Below the pieces are notes generated by a model. That model saw only the letters and a list, made by a program, of their open reading frames with translations. It made no database searches and was not told the origin of the DNA. Below, one piece after another: positions 22,001 through 34,329 of a stretch of DNA of 64,000 bases. Every line of letters starts with the position of its first letter. Within the stretch, counting starts at the first letter, position 1. The DNA is from Mayamaea pseudoterrestris (taxonomy: Eukaryota), in assembly GCA_027923505.1 (NCBI GenBank), contig BROI01000011.1:806001-870000 (forward strand), in the 5' to 3' direction. The translations under genes and the position numbers were made by a program.

Positions 22001-24868
22001 GAGTTGCCCAGCAATTTGACGAGCCGACTCGGATAGAAAATTTTGGCGAGAATCATCATTTACCTCATGAGTGTCCTGAATTAATGATCCAGTGGACAGA
22101 CGCATTACCTTTGTCAGAGCTAGTCTCGCACATGATGTAATCTCTGAGTGAAGCCGGCTGCTGTCCACCAACCCATCAGCAGATCGAAAGGCGCCAGCTA
22201 GGATAGCGGAACACAGCTGATCGGAAAAGCACGACACAAACTCAACCGGCACGAACAATGTATCCATGGCTTCTACCTCAGTCGACGTGGTGGGATCGCG
22301 AAACGGAACGTCAGCCACGTAGGTGAAACATGAGTCGACAGCATGGCGTAAAACATTCTTGTTCACATAGCCCGCTGAGCCAAGAAACCGCTCAGCCTTG
22401 GCCAGTTCGACAAACAGCAAGACGAAGCTATCAAGGAATGGGCTTGGTTGGTCAGAAACTAAGACTCTGTCGGACTCTGCAAAAGTCTCGCCAGGAATAG
22501 ATTTCGAGCAAAGCGTATCGTTAATACACCGAAGTACCAGTTCTTCGAACGCCGAAGTTTCCAACTTCCCGCGCGAATCGACAAGGTCCTCATCTACCGA
22601 CGCGTCTTCCAATCTACGAGCAAGTTCACGCACAACATCTTTTGACAGGAGGCTTAGCAGATCACCATGTTGATCATTTTCTGAAGCGTGTCTTAACTGC
22701 GCATGGGCATTCTGCTTGGCGCTAGCAGGATCCAGCGGGCTGTTCAAGCATAGCATAACGTCCACGGCATCTGTCACCTGCGATCCTTCGATAAAACTGA
22801 TCAATACGCGTTCCATCGCTTGCTGATTGATCCGTCCGCTTTGCAGCAAACCTGATTCTACTTCCGCTGCGCGCTCCATGTGGGACACCAGCTGCTTGAC
22901 CGCTTCGTTACCAATCGTCAATCTTGGAGCATTGTCGGACCCCTTTACATTGCCGCGATCAAGTGTACTCGATGTGACCGTGATACCAGAATAATGCTTG
23001 TTCGTCGTCATGCCGGGAAATACTTCAACAGAATTTGTGCGAAGAAACCAATGGTCATTAACAAAATTCGTGACGATGGACTCAAGTTCCGTTTCGTTGA
23101 CTTGACCTGACGCGTCGATGAAAGGTTTCACGGCAAATGAATCTTCCATTACTTGGATTAATTTTTCGACGCGACCAGACTTTTGAGATAAGAGATCTAA
23201 CATGACTTCATTTAAATGATCATCGACTTCAACCAAATTACGTTCTAATCCAGGTAACAATTTCGTGCGCGACATGTTGGCAGCCGTTGGGTTGACTATG
23301 CTACCATTTTGCGATGAGAGTCTTCGTGCCTCTTCTAAATATTGTTTCACTAGCTGGGCAAAAGCTGGTTTTTGGAGCTTGCCATCTACTGACACGAGCT
23401 GCATCTGGTAAGCCTGTTGCTCAATTTTCTCGATTAACTGTCGGACTAAGACAAAAGGTTTAGGTGCAGTCTCCGAAACTCTGCTCTTGTTATCAAATGT
23501 TTCCATGTCTGATACTTTTAAGCGTGATATCTCTCTTCTTGGCGATTCACTGGCTACCAAGGGAGATAAGGAAGCAATCGGAGATTGAAAGTTGGGCCCC
23601 CTTTTCGCCACACATCGCTTGGCGTACTCATGGAGCTGCTGCTGAGGCTTCTTGCGAATCAGGTCCGCCGCTGGCTCTAAGCGTTTCGCACTACCATGCT
23701 CTTCATCTATGCGCTTCATCATCGAAAAAGTAGATTGGTTTGAATGCACGGGCGTAAATTGTGAAAGAGCCACGGCATCTTCCGGACCAAGTGAAGATCG
23801 TTGCGATAGCTTCGTTTCTTCCTTCTTTTCGTCCGAATCATTCTGCAATATTGCCGGTCGGAAGTATTTGGAAAGCTTCATGACAGGTACCTTTTTAAAC
23901 GGAGTCTCAAAGTCGTCCGAGTCTACGAGACCAATTTGCAATTGATGCTGCAAGCGATCTACAATGTCACTGAATGAGTTCGCTCCAGGAACTGGTGAAC
24001 GCATGTCTGAAAGAATGCTCACACGATCATCATCGCTAGAATCAATTTCCTGCAGTGACGGCTGGTTTGCCGAAGCATAGAGAGATTGACGGATTGGCTT
24101 CTTCTTGGTGGATCGCTTGGGCATGTGCAGCAGCCACGACGCATTCCGATCCATGGGCGACATGGCGACAAAGTGATTGTGGTAGCGCTTCAACATGGCA
24201 TCTTTTCCTCCGTAGTTTCCCAACATTTTCATTCCTTCATAATCAATAGAGTTGATCATCCCATCCGTGCCTTCAGGTCGCGACCAAATTTTGGTAGGCG
24301 CTTCCATTTCGTATTGCTGCGGTTGGGCAGCCGCCAACGTCATCATCATGGCGTGAAAGGCGTCATCGAACCTTCTAGCGCGTTCCAAGTCCTGCGTTCC
24401 CAAGCCTTTGCGATGTTGCCGGCGTCTGCGCTTTTTGATGTATTGTTCATCCGCAAAGATGAAGGCAAGGTGATCATCATTTTCGTCGTCGTCCGACAAA
24501 CTAACTTCGCTTCCGCATTGAAAGCCTCGCTTCTCGATTTCCTTACGTCGTTGCTCAAATCGGCGCTTTGAAACTCGTAATAATGCGCGACGTCCCCGCG
24601 AAATTTTTGGCTTGTTACGCCGTTTGTCGCTTGTTGGATCAAGTTTTGTCATCGTCGTTGATTGCTCAACGCTCTCCTCCGTCGTGTTCCCATCATCTGA
24701 AACTGCACCGTCGACTTCCTGCACCGATACTGGAGTCTGCCAGAATACTTGGAGCGACTGCTGAATGGAGGCTGCTCGACGCTTGAATCGAAACTGTGCC
24801 CAACGTAATTGCGCCTCGGTTGGTCGAGCCAAGGCAGCAGCAACTGTGTCGTTTGCATGATAATTCAT
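19078..24868 (-). CDS. Large multi-exon protein: helical repeat region + ankyrin repeats + C-terminal kinase-like domain; exons ~24868-21462, 21374-21203, 21134-21012, 20941-19916, 19845-19078
   Basis: Four frame-consistent GT..AG introns. Ankyrin motifs GNLPIHLAA, GMLPLHLSI, GNLPLHLVA, TPLMTAI, GNNALHLV. Kinase C-lobe motifs ALAHLHEMKIVHG, PPE, DVWGFG, LITHCLAADPERRP. Start codon uncertain. Confidence 0.8.
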
Positions 24869-25426
24869 GGCAGCTCTGCTGCGAAGCTTGTACAACAAGA
24901 GAATGTTTCCAACTGATAATCAAACTAATATTAATTTCTTGTAGATTGCTGAATGCTCCGATTTGTGTTGAGTGGAGTTGGCAATGAAGCAGCCCTCTTC
25001 GTTTTCCCATGGTGGCGTCCAATGCCGATCCAAATGCGTCGCACCGGTAATAAAAGATCTCATTTTTTGCTTTTTGCCAGTTGCGCGACATGTGATGGAA
25101 AGAAGTGACTAACGACAATGGCAAAGTGCCTCTTGTATACAGTAGACAAAAGGAATGCGATCGATACGTCCACGACCTGCTCCACGAGGGGCTGCTCATT
25201 TGCATGCCTGACCCACATCGCAGTATTCAAGGAGGGATCGACCCATTGCTTCCGCTATGGACGTCACATCCACAGGTCATCACAGTACGACACTCCTAAC
25301 TTGATAGGGTCAGATCAATTTTATATAAAGGGAGAACGGGCGTAGCCGCTTCGTATCGTACTTTACTTTCGCGCAATTCTACATCTTAGCCATGTCATTC
25401 ACAGCATAAACATTCTATTATATAGC

Positions 25427-26652
25427 TTAAACAAGAAAGAAATAGGCCGCACACAGAATAGCAATAGCACCTTGCACCAGTGCTGGTAGTAGATGCGTCT
25501 CATCTCCAAACGAGGCAACAGAATCAACAATCGATCGGACAGAAAACAATACTAAACCCACCAAGGCACCCTGCTTGGCCGCGCCTCCATTCTTGACTCG
25601 AAACAAGAAATCCCGATCAAGATCCTCTTGTACCCGCTTCAAGTCTTCCACTGCAGCAACTACTTCAGCAGTCTCGGCGTTGACGCGTTTCAACATTGTG
25701 GATATTGACGCCTCCGCTTGCTCGAGGCGGCGAGTATCATTGTCGAGCGAATCGAGCTCATTCTGGGTCTTTTTCATGGCACTGCCTCGCGCCAAGTCGC
25801 TCTGTGTCAAGGAAGATATGAGGACGGGGCGAAACAAGTATGAGGCAACGAAAACAGCAGGAACACTTTATTTGTCTACCTACATACCTGCTCTTTTCGA
25901 ATATCTTCCAAGGACCCAATGAGCTTTTCATTTCCGCGATCAAAGATCGCTTCAATCTCCTGCATGAGTTCCTTGTCGTTTAAAATCGAATTTTTCAGAG
26001 CTGGATAGTCCTTCTCTATTTCAGTCATAGCTGCTTCCAGTGCTTGATTCATTAACTCATCATTAATACTAAGTTCTGCCTTGAGTAGACCATCTCTTGA
26101 TGATATTGGTGATGAAGTTGCATCGGCAGTAGAACTGGCAGCAGGCGTCGAATAACTCTCCTCGTCGGCGCCGCCCATGTCTCCCAATATAGACTGATAC
26201 AAGTCTTGCTCGTCCATAGTCTCCAATTCAGTTACCATCTTCTTGTACATTTGCGCTTCCTTCTCCAGTGGAACTGACGGCTTACTTTGGGAAGCAATCG
26301 CATTCTGCACCGACTTGGCTGCCTGCTTCATGCTTTCGGGCGATGCTTTTGGCGGACGCTTGCTCTTGTTTGATGCCGAGTCATCGAGCGATTCCAAGCT
26401 TTCCAAGCGACGAAAGGCATCTGCCATGCCCGGAGGTAATCCATCGTCGGCATCGTCATCATCCTTGCCCTTTTTAGCAGCTAAACGCGATTGTTCTTTC
26501 GTCGTCCGGCGAGCGAGTTGATTTGTTATTGACGGGCAAAATCGATACGGCGAAACTATTCTCTGTCTTTGCGATTGGCATAGTGTAAATGCATTAATTC
26601 TCGAAGGCAATGCCAAGCCAACTGCGAGTGTTATGCCGACGCCTAATCTCAT
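25427..26652 (-). CDS. Putative plastid-targeted coiled-coil membrane protein; exons 26652-25888, 25801-25427
   Basis: Signal peptide ending INA|F followed by a basic transit-like region (diatom bipartite presequence); in-frame GT..AG intron 25887-25802; two C-terminal hydrophobic segments. Confidence 0.7.
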
Positions 26653-26869
26653 GGTGATGAAGCGCTGAAAATGAGATGATCGCGTGACACCCGCCAATTT
26701 CAGTGCCGCACCGACGTTGCATGCGACTTGTGGAACGAAGCGCCGTCCGATTATCTGTCGACCACCATGAGCTCATTAATCTATCTTCTCTGGATCAAAA
26801 GCAAAGCAATCTTCACTCCAAACGGATTTTTAGACTTTTGAAAGGCTAGTAGGCCATCAATCGATAATC

Positions 26870-28360
26870 ATGTACTGCGGCGACGAGACAGGCTCATTCA
26901 TCGGAGACGTTGGGTCACACACGTCACGCTTTGGCTATGGAGGAAACGATAGTCCAGTCTATCATGTACCCTCCTACACTTCAACGTTTGGAAATGACAA
27001 GCCAGTCGTCGTGCCTAGTTGCTTGTCAAATCAGTGGGCTCAGAGAACTGTACAGACTCCGCTTCGACAACCGAGAATGTCGTCGGACGACGACGCCTAC
27101 AGCCAGCCCATTGTGGATCCAACAAGCTATTTGCAGCAAAGTGATTCGGCGGAAAATTACAACTCACTAGAGCATATTTGGCGGAAGGCTATGGTGGATA
27201 TGAGAGTATTTGACAACCTGAAACATACCAAAGGATCTGATACATCCAGGAAGGAAACTGTGGCTGCATCCGGCGTCAAGAGTTCATCCATTCAAGCGCA
27301 AGCCTTGGCCGACGGCAAATGCGTTCATCCCATCCTCGCCGTATCACCTGGTTGTACCTTTAAGGTCGGATCAAGCAATATTGCTGCTGACAGTCGCAAG
27401 GAACTCATTAAATTAGCCGAACTTATGATGGAAACCTTTGACGCCAAGGCATTCTTTTGTGCACCGACACCCATGCTGGCAGCCTTTTCGCACGGTCGAC
27501 CGACGGCGCTCGTCGTGGACATTGGCGCTGGAGGAACTCGAGTGACACCTGTCATTGATGGACTGGTCATGAAGCAAGCTCAGCGCCGAAGTGGGCGAGG
27601 TGGTGACTGGTTAAGCAATGTACAATGGAAGGCCATCATGTCGCAAGTTGACGAGGAAATACGACCTCACTATCAAGTGTCTTTCAAAAGTACGTTAAAA
27701 TCTAAAGGAATATACCATCGATGGGCCATGCAGGAAATCATGTACGAGTTTCAAACGTCAGGATACGTTCACTTGGCGAATTGGTGGCACGATTCGACGG
27801 TTCCTTTCGTTTATGCCGATGATGCAATGGATGTCGACCCAGCATCTCCAGCTTCCGCATCGACTGAATCGAGCTATGTACTACCCGATGGTCAAGTGAT
27901 TGATTTAACGAACCGAGTCGGCAAGGACCTTTGTCGCATTCCAGAGCTTTATTTTTCGGATGAGCTTCCCTATTTACCAGACAACAAGATCGTCGACCAG
28001 TCGATATTGGGTCAACACTTTACACTCTCCAATCTATCACTCCCTCGACTAATACACTCTTCTCTGTCGGCTGTGGGCGACGTTGACGCTCGCAAGGATC
28101 TGGCTGGATCAATCTTGTTGACGGGCGGGTCTTCGCAATTCGAAAACTTGGAGCAACGACTCTCGCTGGAAGTGCCACGGTATGTATCAAGCGCATTCAA
28201 GTGCAAAGTAGTAGCAAGCAAGCATTCGATTGAGCGGTCATGCGCCTCCTGGATTGGCGGAAGTATATTGACAAGCTTGGGAAGCTTCCAGCAGCTTTGG
28301 ATGAGTCGGGCCGAGTATGAGGAGTACGGAGCTGCTTTGGCTGTTCAACGATTTCCATAA
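26870..28360 (+). CDS. ARP4: Nuclear actin-related protein, ARP4-like
   Basis: MYCGDE..DVGSHTSRFGYGG, LAAFSHGRPTALVVDIGAGGTRVTPVIDG, YVLPDGQ, ILLTGG, SWIGGSILTSLGSFQQLWMSRAEYEEYG. Confidence 0.88.
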   Translation: MYCGDETGSFIGDVGSHTSRFGYGGNDSPVYHVPSYTSTFGNDKPVVVPSCLSNQWAQRTVQTPLRQPRMSSDDDAYSQPIVDPTSYLQQSDSAENYNSLEHIWRKAMVDMRVFDNLKHTKGSDTSRKETVAASGVKSSSIQAQALADGKCVHPILAVSPGCTFKVGSSNIAADSRKELIKLAELMMETFDAKAFFCAPTPMLAAFSHGRPTALVVDIGAGGTRVTPVIDGLVMKQAQRRSGRGGDWLSNVQWKAIMSQVDEEIRPHYQVSFKSTLKSKGIYHRWAMQEIMYEFQTSGYVHLANWWHDSTVPFVYADDAMDVDPASPASASTESSYVLPDGQVIDLTNRVGKDLCRIPELYFSDELPYLPDNKIVDQSILGQHFTLSNLSLPRLIHSSLSAVGDVDARKDLAGSILLTGGSSQFENLEQRLSLEVPRYVSSAFKCKVVASKHSIERSCASWIGGSILTSLGSFQQLWMSRAEYEEYGAALAVQRFP

Positions 28361-28583
28361 ACTAGTACAACAGTGTTTTATTGTAATATCTTGTAAGTTT
28401 GGAGACGACTACGTAAAGGCTAACTAACTTACGCGTGCAATTAGCACCCCGCGTTGCATAGCGACGCAAGATGCACGGATTCACAGTCAGTACCGGTGCG
28501 AAGTTGAAGTGCTTTGATCGACGATTCTCGGGCGAAGACCATGACCATGCAGTAGCGTTGATGCTGCGTACATTGATACTACC

Positions 28584-29124
28584 ATGGCAAAACGAATCAC
28601 TGCGCTCCATCTCATAGTACTAGTGTTGCTAGCCATCCTGCCACTATGTCGTGCCTTTACAGTACCGTCAACTCCATCATGTAAAGTCAAGCATCAAGGC
28701 TTTGCGTTCCGACAGCCGCATCAGTTGATGCTGCAAATGTCCGAGCCATCGTCTCCGGAGTCGGATATTGGTAATACGGCAACGACTACAGCTCCGAAAC
28801 CTGCTGCTGCTGTGGCATGTCCAGATTGTGACAGATGTGATGGATCTGGAAGGTATGTATCTTTTAGCTGCCGCGTATCGCGTGTTGATTTTTGATGGAT
28901 GCGGCGTTTTCTGCTTGAACAACTTTGTCCATTTACTTATTCATACTTTCTCGTGTTATGAAAGAATACTTGGTGGAATTGGAATGATTGCCCCTTGGTG
29001 GCCCATCAAGGCTTACCGCCCATGCCCCAACTTTATCGATCGCGGTGGAGTCTACCAACGAAGCGGACAAGGCCTCGATGAAATTGCCTTTGGACGCGAC
29101 AGTACCTTTAACGCAGGAGAATAA
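28584..29124 (+). CDS. Small plastid-targeted protein with a DnaJ-like Cys motif; exons 28584-28852, 28965-29124
   Basis: Signal peptide ending CRA|F; spliced core CPDCDRCDGSGRILGGIG..WWPIKAYRPCP..YQRSGQGLDEIAFGR; GT..AG intron 28853-28964. Confidence 0.75.
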
Positions 29125-29596
29125 TGAAACGAATGGATCAATGAATCAAATTACGTTTGGGGCTGCTCGTAGTTCTTGTGATGGTGGATGTGGTTTAAAT
29201 TGGTTCGTGCTACCGCTACCCAACGTATGCGAAAGGGCTATGATCCAGCGCAGACGCTGGCTTAATTTCATACTGTAGTACTTTCTGCTGCTGTAAAAAG
29301 GTAGAAGCACGTTTACTCTGTTGTTGGCTTGTCATGGCCGAGATAGGGACAAGTACGGTAGGTCTGACTCGAGGTCCGAACTGATTGCAGTGTGCGTCAA
29401 CGGTCATTTTCGTTACGGTTGGGGTTTCTCGCAACGGTCTCCTTCTGCGACCACTTCTTGCTGCCGTCGAGCCTTTCTGGAAGCATCAAGTGTTGTGTCT
29501 AGTCTGTCCAAATTCGTTCCTCCTGTAGTCGTGCATCAACATTACAGGCTTAGCTTGACATTGTCATTGATCACTCTACTACTGCAACAATTAAAA

Positions 29597-31257
29597 ATGG
29601 CGAAACCCCGCGTCGGCGTTTTGCTTCGCGAAACAGTCGCTGGTTCCAAGTCATCCAACCAGTCGGCCGACCTTGATAGCCTCAAGCAAAAGTATCTTGT
29701 CTTTTGCAAAAAGGTTCGACACTTGATTGGCGCACTGGACAAGCACCAAAAGGCCATGACGGAAATGGAGTCGTCGAGGAGTGGGGTGAGTGTTGTTTGT
29801 CAAGGGTCTTTTGAAATGGATGAAAGAGAAGCAATTGAATGGATCATTTAGCTTCTCTTTAACATTCTAAACCTTGCATTCAATTCATCATTCAGGTCGC
29901 TGCCAGTTTCGCGCTACTGGCCAAGGAAACTCCCATGTTTGACTGCATTGGCCTCATGCCATCATCGGATCGTCCATCCAACACTGTCTGCAGCTACATG
30001 AGCACGCACGACGTACTCAGCGCCAAGTACAAGAGCTACATGCAAAAGTACCAGCAATTCGTCTTGGAGTATGCCATCGAGTGGGAAAAGGTGGTGACGA
30101 CTCGCATCAACAATGGATTGAAAAAGGCGGAGGAACTTCGACGAGAGTTGGATCACTATCAGAAAAAGACGGAAGCCTTGCGCATATCCGTCAATCAAGC
30201 CATGGCCAAGGGAAAAAAGGTTTCCAGTGAGCAGCAGGAGAAGTTACGACGCAATGAGGAAAAGCTCATGAACAGCAAGCAAGTCTACAATCGAGTTGCG
30301 ACGGACTTGTGCATTTTGATGGAGGAGGTGACGCAACGCTCGTGGCGAGACTTGCATCCATTGCTCATCAAGGTGGCGCAGTTCGACATGACACTAAGTA
30401 GCGACGAATCCAAAGTTTTGTCGAGTCTCAATCAGGTAGTCAACGAGCTCAAGACGATTGCGACGGCCAATGGCATTAGTCCACAGCCGCGACTGAAGGA
30501 TTTGGCGAATCTAAAGCCCGAGCTCCTCAGCACGAGGCCTGGTGGAGTGGCTGGCTTGGCTATTGAAGACGACCCTAATCGACCAATGAATGGGGCAGTC
30601 TTTGGTATTAGTCCTACTGGTTCGTCGTCGAGTTTCGGAGCAAACGGCATGGGTTCGTTTCCCTTGCCCATGTCGACGCCAACGAGCAATGATCCATACG
30701 CGTCAGCCTTGGTCGATCATTCCTTCATGTCGCCAAACTCGAATGCCAGCTCCTTTGACCCCATGGCCTCATCATCCATGGCAACGGCCATGCCGCCGAC
30801 GCTGGAGGATGTTTACAAGGCTACAAACCACTCGGCAAACTCGATTCACTCGGCACCAAGCAGTGGCAATCTGCCACCCATGCCGTCGCCGATGTATGGA
30901 GGAGGTTTGCCGCCGCGTGCCAACAGTTTCAATGTCAACCGCAGCTTTGACGATAACACATCCGTGGTCAGTGGCTACAGCGCCTACTCGGCACCTGCCC
31001 CCATGATGGCGCCGCCACTCCCACCCATGCCACCGCCTCCACCTCCATCCTCGGGCAACTATGGACAATCTGTCTCGTACGGAGCCGCACCATCGCCGTC
31101 ATACGCGGTAGCTCCATCGCCAGCCTCGTATGGGGCGCCACCGTTGCCGCAGTCGCAATCTGGTGGATTTGCGTCAGCGCCGTCTTCTAGCTGGGATTCC
31201 TATGGTCAGCAGCAGCCACAGCAGAATCGAGCTGGAAACTCAAATCCGTTTGGGTAG
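29597..31257 (+). CDS. BAR-domain (amphiphysin-like) protein with Pro/Ser-rich tail; exons 29597-29785, 29896-31257
   Basis: Long helical region (AEELRRELDHYQKKTEAL..EKLRRNEEKL), in-frame GT..AG intron, low-complexity Pro-rich tail ending in NPFG. Confidence 0.72.
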
Positions 31258-31384
31258 TTGATAAAAAGTTAGATTGAATTATTTTGTTATAAATTTGATA
31301 ATTTAGCATGCAACGACGAGACGCTATCGTTATCGACTAAAATCCATCCACCACTCTAACTGTCACGAGAAGAGCTAACTCTCA

Positions 31385-32671
31385 TCATCGTTTCACGGCC
31401 AAGACGACCGCCGGTCCAAACCGTCTCATCAACGCCTGCAAGTCCGGTCGATCCATGGACGAGTCGAGCCATACGTGCTCTACTTGGTTTCGATAACGCT
31501 CAAGCCAAAGGTACAGTTGCCACGACGTTGGATCCATGAGCAGAAAGAGTGTTTCGGAAGGCGATTGTTTCATTAAATCGTCAAAGAATGTTTGCCATTT
31601 TTCTCGCGTTTCCGACAACAAGTAGCTGACAATGTACAAGGTAGGAGTCGTAGCTGATGAATCGCATGTGCCGACGCAACCATTGGCGAACAGCAAGTCG
31701 CGCGCCTCCACGTTAACGTGCTCCGTCAATCCGCTTCGCACATCGCATCGTCCAGTACAAAAAGTTTGAATATGCTTGGGAACGACAAGAGTTTCCAAAG
31801 TAGAAAGTATTTGCTCTCGCCACTGATCAATCGTCCAGTCTAGAAGAATGGCGACAATGTCACACTTTTTGCTGGTTGCGGCAGTAGGAAGCGTCGCCAA
31901 AAGCACGGCGGCGCTAAAGGCATCGCAACCTGGACCACATCCAATGCTGCAAATGCAGGAAACCTGCGTCAAGCACTCTACATAATGCAAATAAGTTTTG
32001 CTGCTGCTGCGACCAAACAATTTTCCTAACGAGTCAATGACAAGCATGCTTCGTTCGTAGAACTTGTGCGACGTGTAGGCGTAGAGTGCATGTGGATTGT
32101 CAAAGTGTTGCTCCGTTTGCGTTCCCTTCATCATGCTCTTCATAAGTGGACGAACCTGCTGCGTGTAGTATTCTTTTCGTTCCTTTGATGATAATGATGA
32201 TGATAATGCATGGTAGTCAATGGGAATTGATTCATTCTGTCGAAGCGCACGACCGAGTTGAAGGTGAATCGAGTGGACCAGTGACTGCGCATCAGCATGA
32301 CCAAGATAGAGTTGCGTACTGCTTTCTTTTCGCTTTGTTGATTGGCTCCAAGCCACTGGAGTGCTTTGCAGCTGAGGTTGCTTGAGAAAGAGTTGTTCGA
32401 GTGCATCCTGCGTTTCAAACAGCAAAATGTCGTCGCCTCGTTCCATGGCTTGATGCTTTCGCACTGTGAGCTTGCGAAGTCGAGTTTCTAGTTTGAGTTG
32501 CTTCTTCAGTTGCTTCTTGTCGAGCCGTTCCTCGATGGAGAGAAGGCTGTTGGGACGACAAGGTGCAGGTGCGTCGCAAGAATGGTGGCCGTGGCCATCA
32601 TTCGTCGGTGGTTGCTCGTGTAGCAAATGACTGTTCTTTGGCGCGACATTCACGTCAACAAGGATTGACAT
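31385..32671 (-). CDS. Hypothetical protein, possible class I SAM-dependent methyltransferase fold
   Basis: 428-codon ORF; ICSIGCGPGCD motif-I-like loop followed by AILLD, CDV and IVSYLLSE. Confidence 0.6.
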   Translation of the reverse strand: MSILVDVNVAPKNSHLLHEQPPTNDGHGHHSCDAPAPCRPNSLLSIEERLDKKQLKKQLKLETRLRKLTVRKHQAMERGDDILLFETQDALEQLFLKQPQLQSTPVAWSQSTKRKESSTQLYLGHADAQSLVHSIHLQLGRALRQNESIPIDYHALSSSLSSKERKEYYTQQVRPLMKSMMKGTQTEQHFDNPHALYAYTSHKFYERSMLVIDSLGKLFGRSSSKTYLHYVECLTQVSCICSIGCGPGCDAFSAAVLLATLPTAATSKKCDIVAILLDWTIDQWREQILSTLETLVVPKHIQTFCTGRCDVRSGLTEHVNVEARDLLFANGCVGTCDSSATTPTLYIVSYLLSETREKWQTFFDDLMKQSPSETLFLLMDPTSWQLYLWLERYRNQVEHVWLDSSMDRPDLQALMRRFGPAVVLAVKR

Positions 32672-32887
32672 TAGACTCGCATGCAGTGTAAAATGATTAT
32701 ATTGTCTTATGTAGTACTACCGGTAGATGAGGGACTTTACCCAGATTTGCTTGCAGTTAACGAATGACCTTGCGCGTTTCGCAATGAACGAGCCTCACAC
32801 AAACGAGCATGTCGCTCTGCGACAAGTTGATACCTTCACTGTCAATCAACAAAGCACACCAGTATTAGACCCATCCATCAAATAATA

Positions 32888-33348
32888 AATAAGTATCACT
32901 TTCCCTCAAGTTACTCATGCAGCAACATGTCCCTTGCTTAGCATTGTACATTAACATCTAACTTTGACACATAAAGTAACACAACATTGAAGACAATACC
33001 TCTCTGCCCCAAGTCACTCATGCAGCAACATGTCCCATGCATAGCATTGTACGTTAACATCTAGCTTTGACAAATAATATAAACACAAGGCTTTCTGAAC
33101 CAACATCAAGCTGTGACTCCATAGTACTTGTAGTTTCCAACAAGCCAAGCCATGTGTTTCAGTTGCATCTGTTTGATGTGATGACAAGACACCACACAAC
33201 CACGGTACGACACATTGCAAGTGATAATTATTTCACCGATTCACAGCTAGTAAGGGCCCCTTTAGCTCAGTCGGTAGAGCGTACGTCTCATAAACCAATC
33301 AAAAACGCAGAGCCAGCGTAAGGTCAGCAGTTCGATCCTGTTAGGGGG
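32888..33348 (+). repeat. ~460-bp direct repeat, copy 1 (upstream flank + tRNA-Met body)
   Basis: Aligns to 36913-37373 at offset 4025 with about 8 differences by eye. Confidence 0.95.
32907..33078. repeat. Diverged internal duplication (~68-bp core, 103-bp spacing) inside the direct repeat; also present in copy 2
   Basis: caagttactcatgcagcaacatgtccc.. at 32907 and caagtcactcatgcagcaacatgtccc.. at 33010. Confidence 0.85.
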
Positions 33349-33350
33349 AC
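33256..33350 (+). pseudogene. tRNA-Met(CAT) copy with a broken 3' end (probable pseudo-tRNA)
   Basis: Identical to the 37281 gene through AGGGGG, but followed by AC instead of CA (G1:A72 mismatch) and no oligo-T terminator. Confidence 0.75.
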
Positions 33351-33570
33351 AAACAACAAGCTGTCTAGACAACAGTATTGGCAAGCAAGCAAGAGGAATG
33401 AGAGGCATTGGATGGGTGATTGGCAACTTGATCTGTGGCTGTCCATCCTCCATTGATGTCTCATCTGATGTGTCCCAGACCGTCAATGATGTGTGTATCA
33501 CTCAGAGTGTTCATATAAGCTATCTTATGAGTGTCCCAAGGCAGTGTCATCTAAACATTCACATTGAGCT

Positions 33571-34197
33571 GGACATTCAGCAAATGTGCAGATTGCCCTC
33601 CATCACTTGGCTGTTTCTACCTGCGATGCAAGGCTCTGTCCAATCTAGCTGCCCATCTGGAGACAGTGATGTCCATGTAGGTTGTGCATGCTATGTGACC
33701 CGGAAATCCGGGTCCGGGACATTCAGCGAAAGTGCAGATTGCCCTCCATCACTTGGCTGTTACTACCTGCGGTGCAAGGCTCTGTCCAATCTAGCTGCCC
33801 ATCTGGAGACAGCGATGTCCATGTAGGTTGTGCATGCTATTGACCTGGAAATCCGGGTCCAGGACATTCAGCAAATGTGCAGATTGCCCTCCATCACTTG
33901 GCTGTTACTGCAGACCTGCGAGACTGTCGGATGCATGTGACGGCTCTGTTCCAGATTGCCCTCATACTGGCTGCAGGCTCGCCAACCCCATCTGGAGACA
34001 GTGATGTCCATGTAGGTTGTGCATGCTATGTGACCTGGAAATCCGGGTCCAGGACATTCAGCAAAAGTGCAGATTGCCCTCCATCACTTGGCTGTTTCTA
34101 CCTGTGGTGCAAGGCTCTGTCCAATCTAGCTGCCCATCTGGAGACAGTGATGTCCATGTAGGTTGTGCATGCTATGTGACCCAGAAATCTGGGTCTG
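33571..34197. repeat. 146-bp tandem repeat, 4 copies (third copy scrambled and longer)
   Basis: Units start ggacattcagc at 33571, 33717, 33862 and 34052. Confidence 0.92.
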
Positions 34198-34329
34198 TGA
34201 ACAAGAAACCATGTCATCAATGATGACTGACAGCAAATCCCGTCCATGACAAGAGTTGCCTCAACCCACAGGACACCAGCCAGCTGGAGGGTGTCCCACC
34301 ACACAACAACAGTGGCTGAGTGTTGAGAA

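Noticed and set aside
1199..28360. Condensin H and ARP4 near a putative centromere as a functional chromatin cluster
   Set aside because: They are separated by unrelated housekeeping genes; proximity is most simply chance.
195..32418. Many short antisense or alternate-frame ORFs overlapping the called genes
   Set aside because: Shadow ORFs of ~50% GC coding DNA with no independent motifs.
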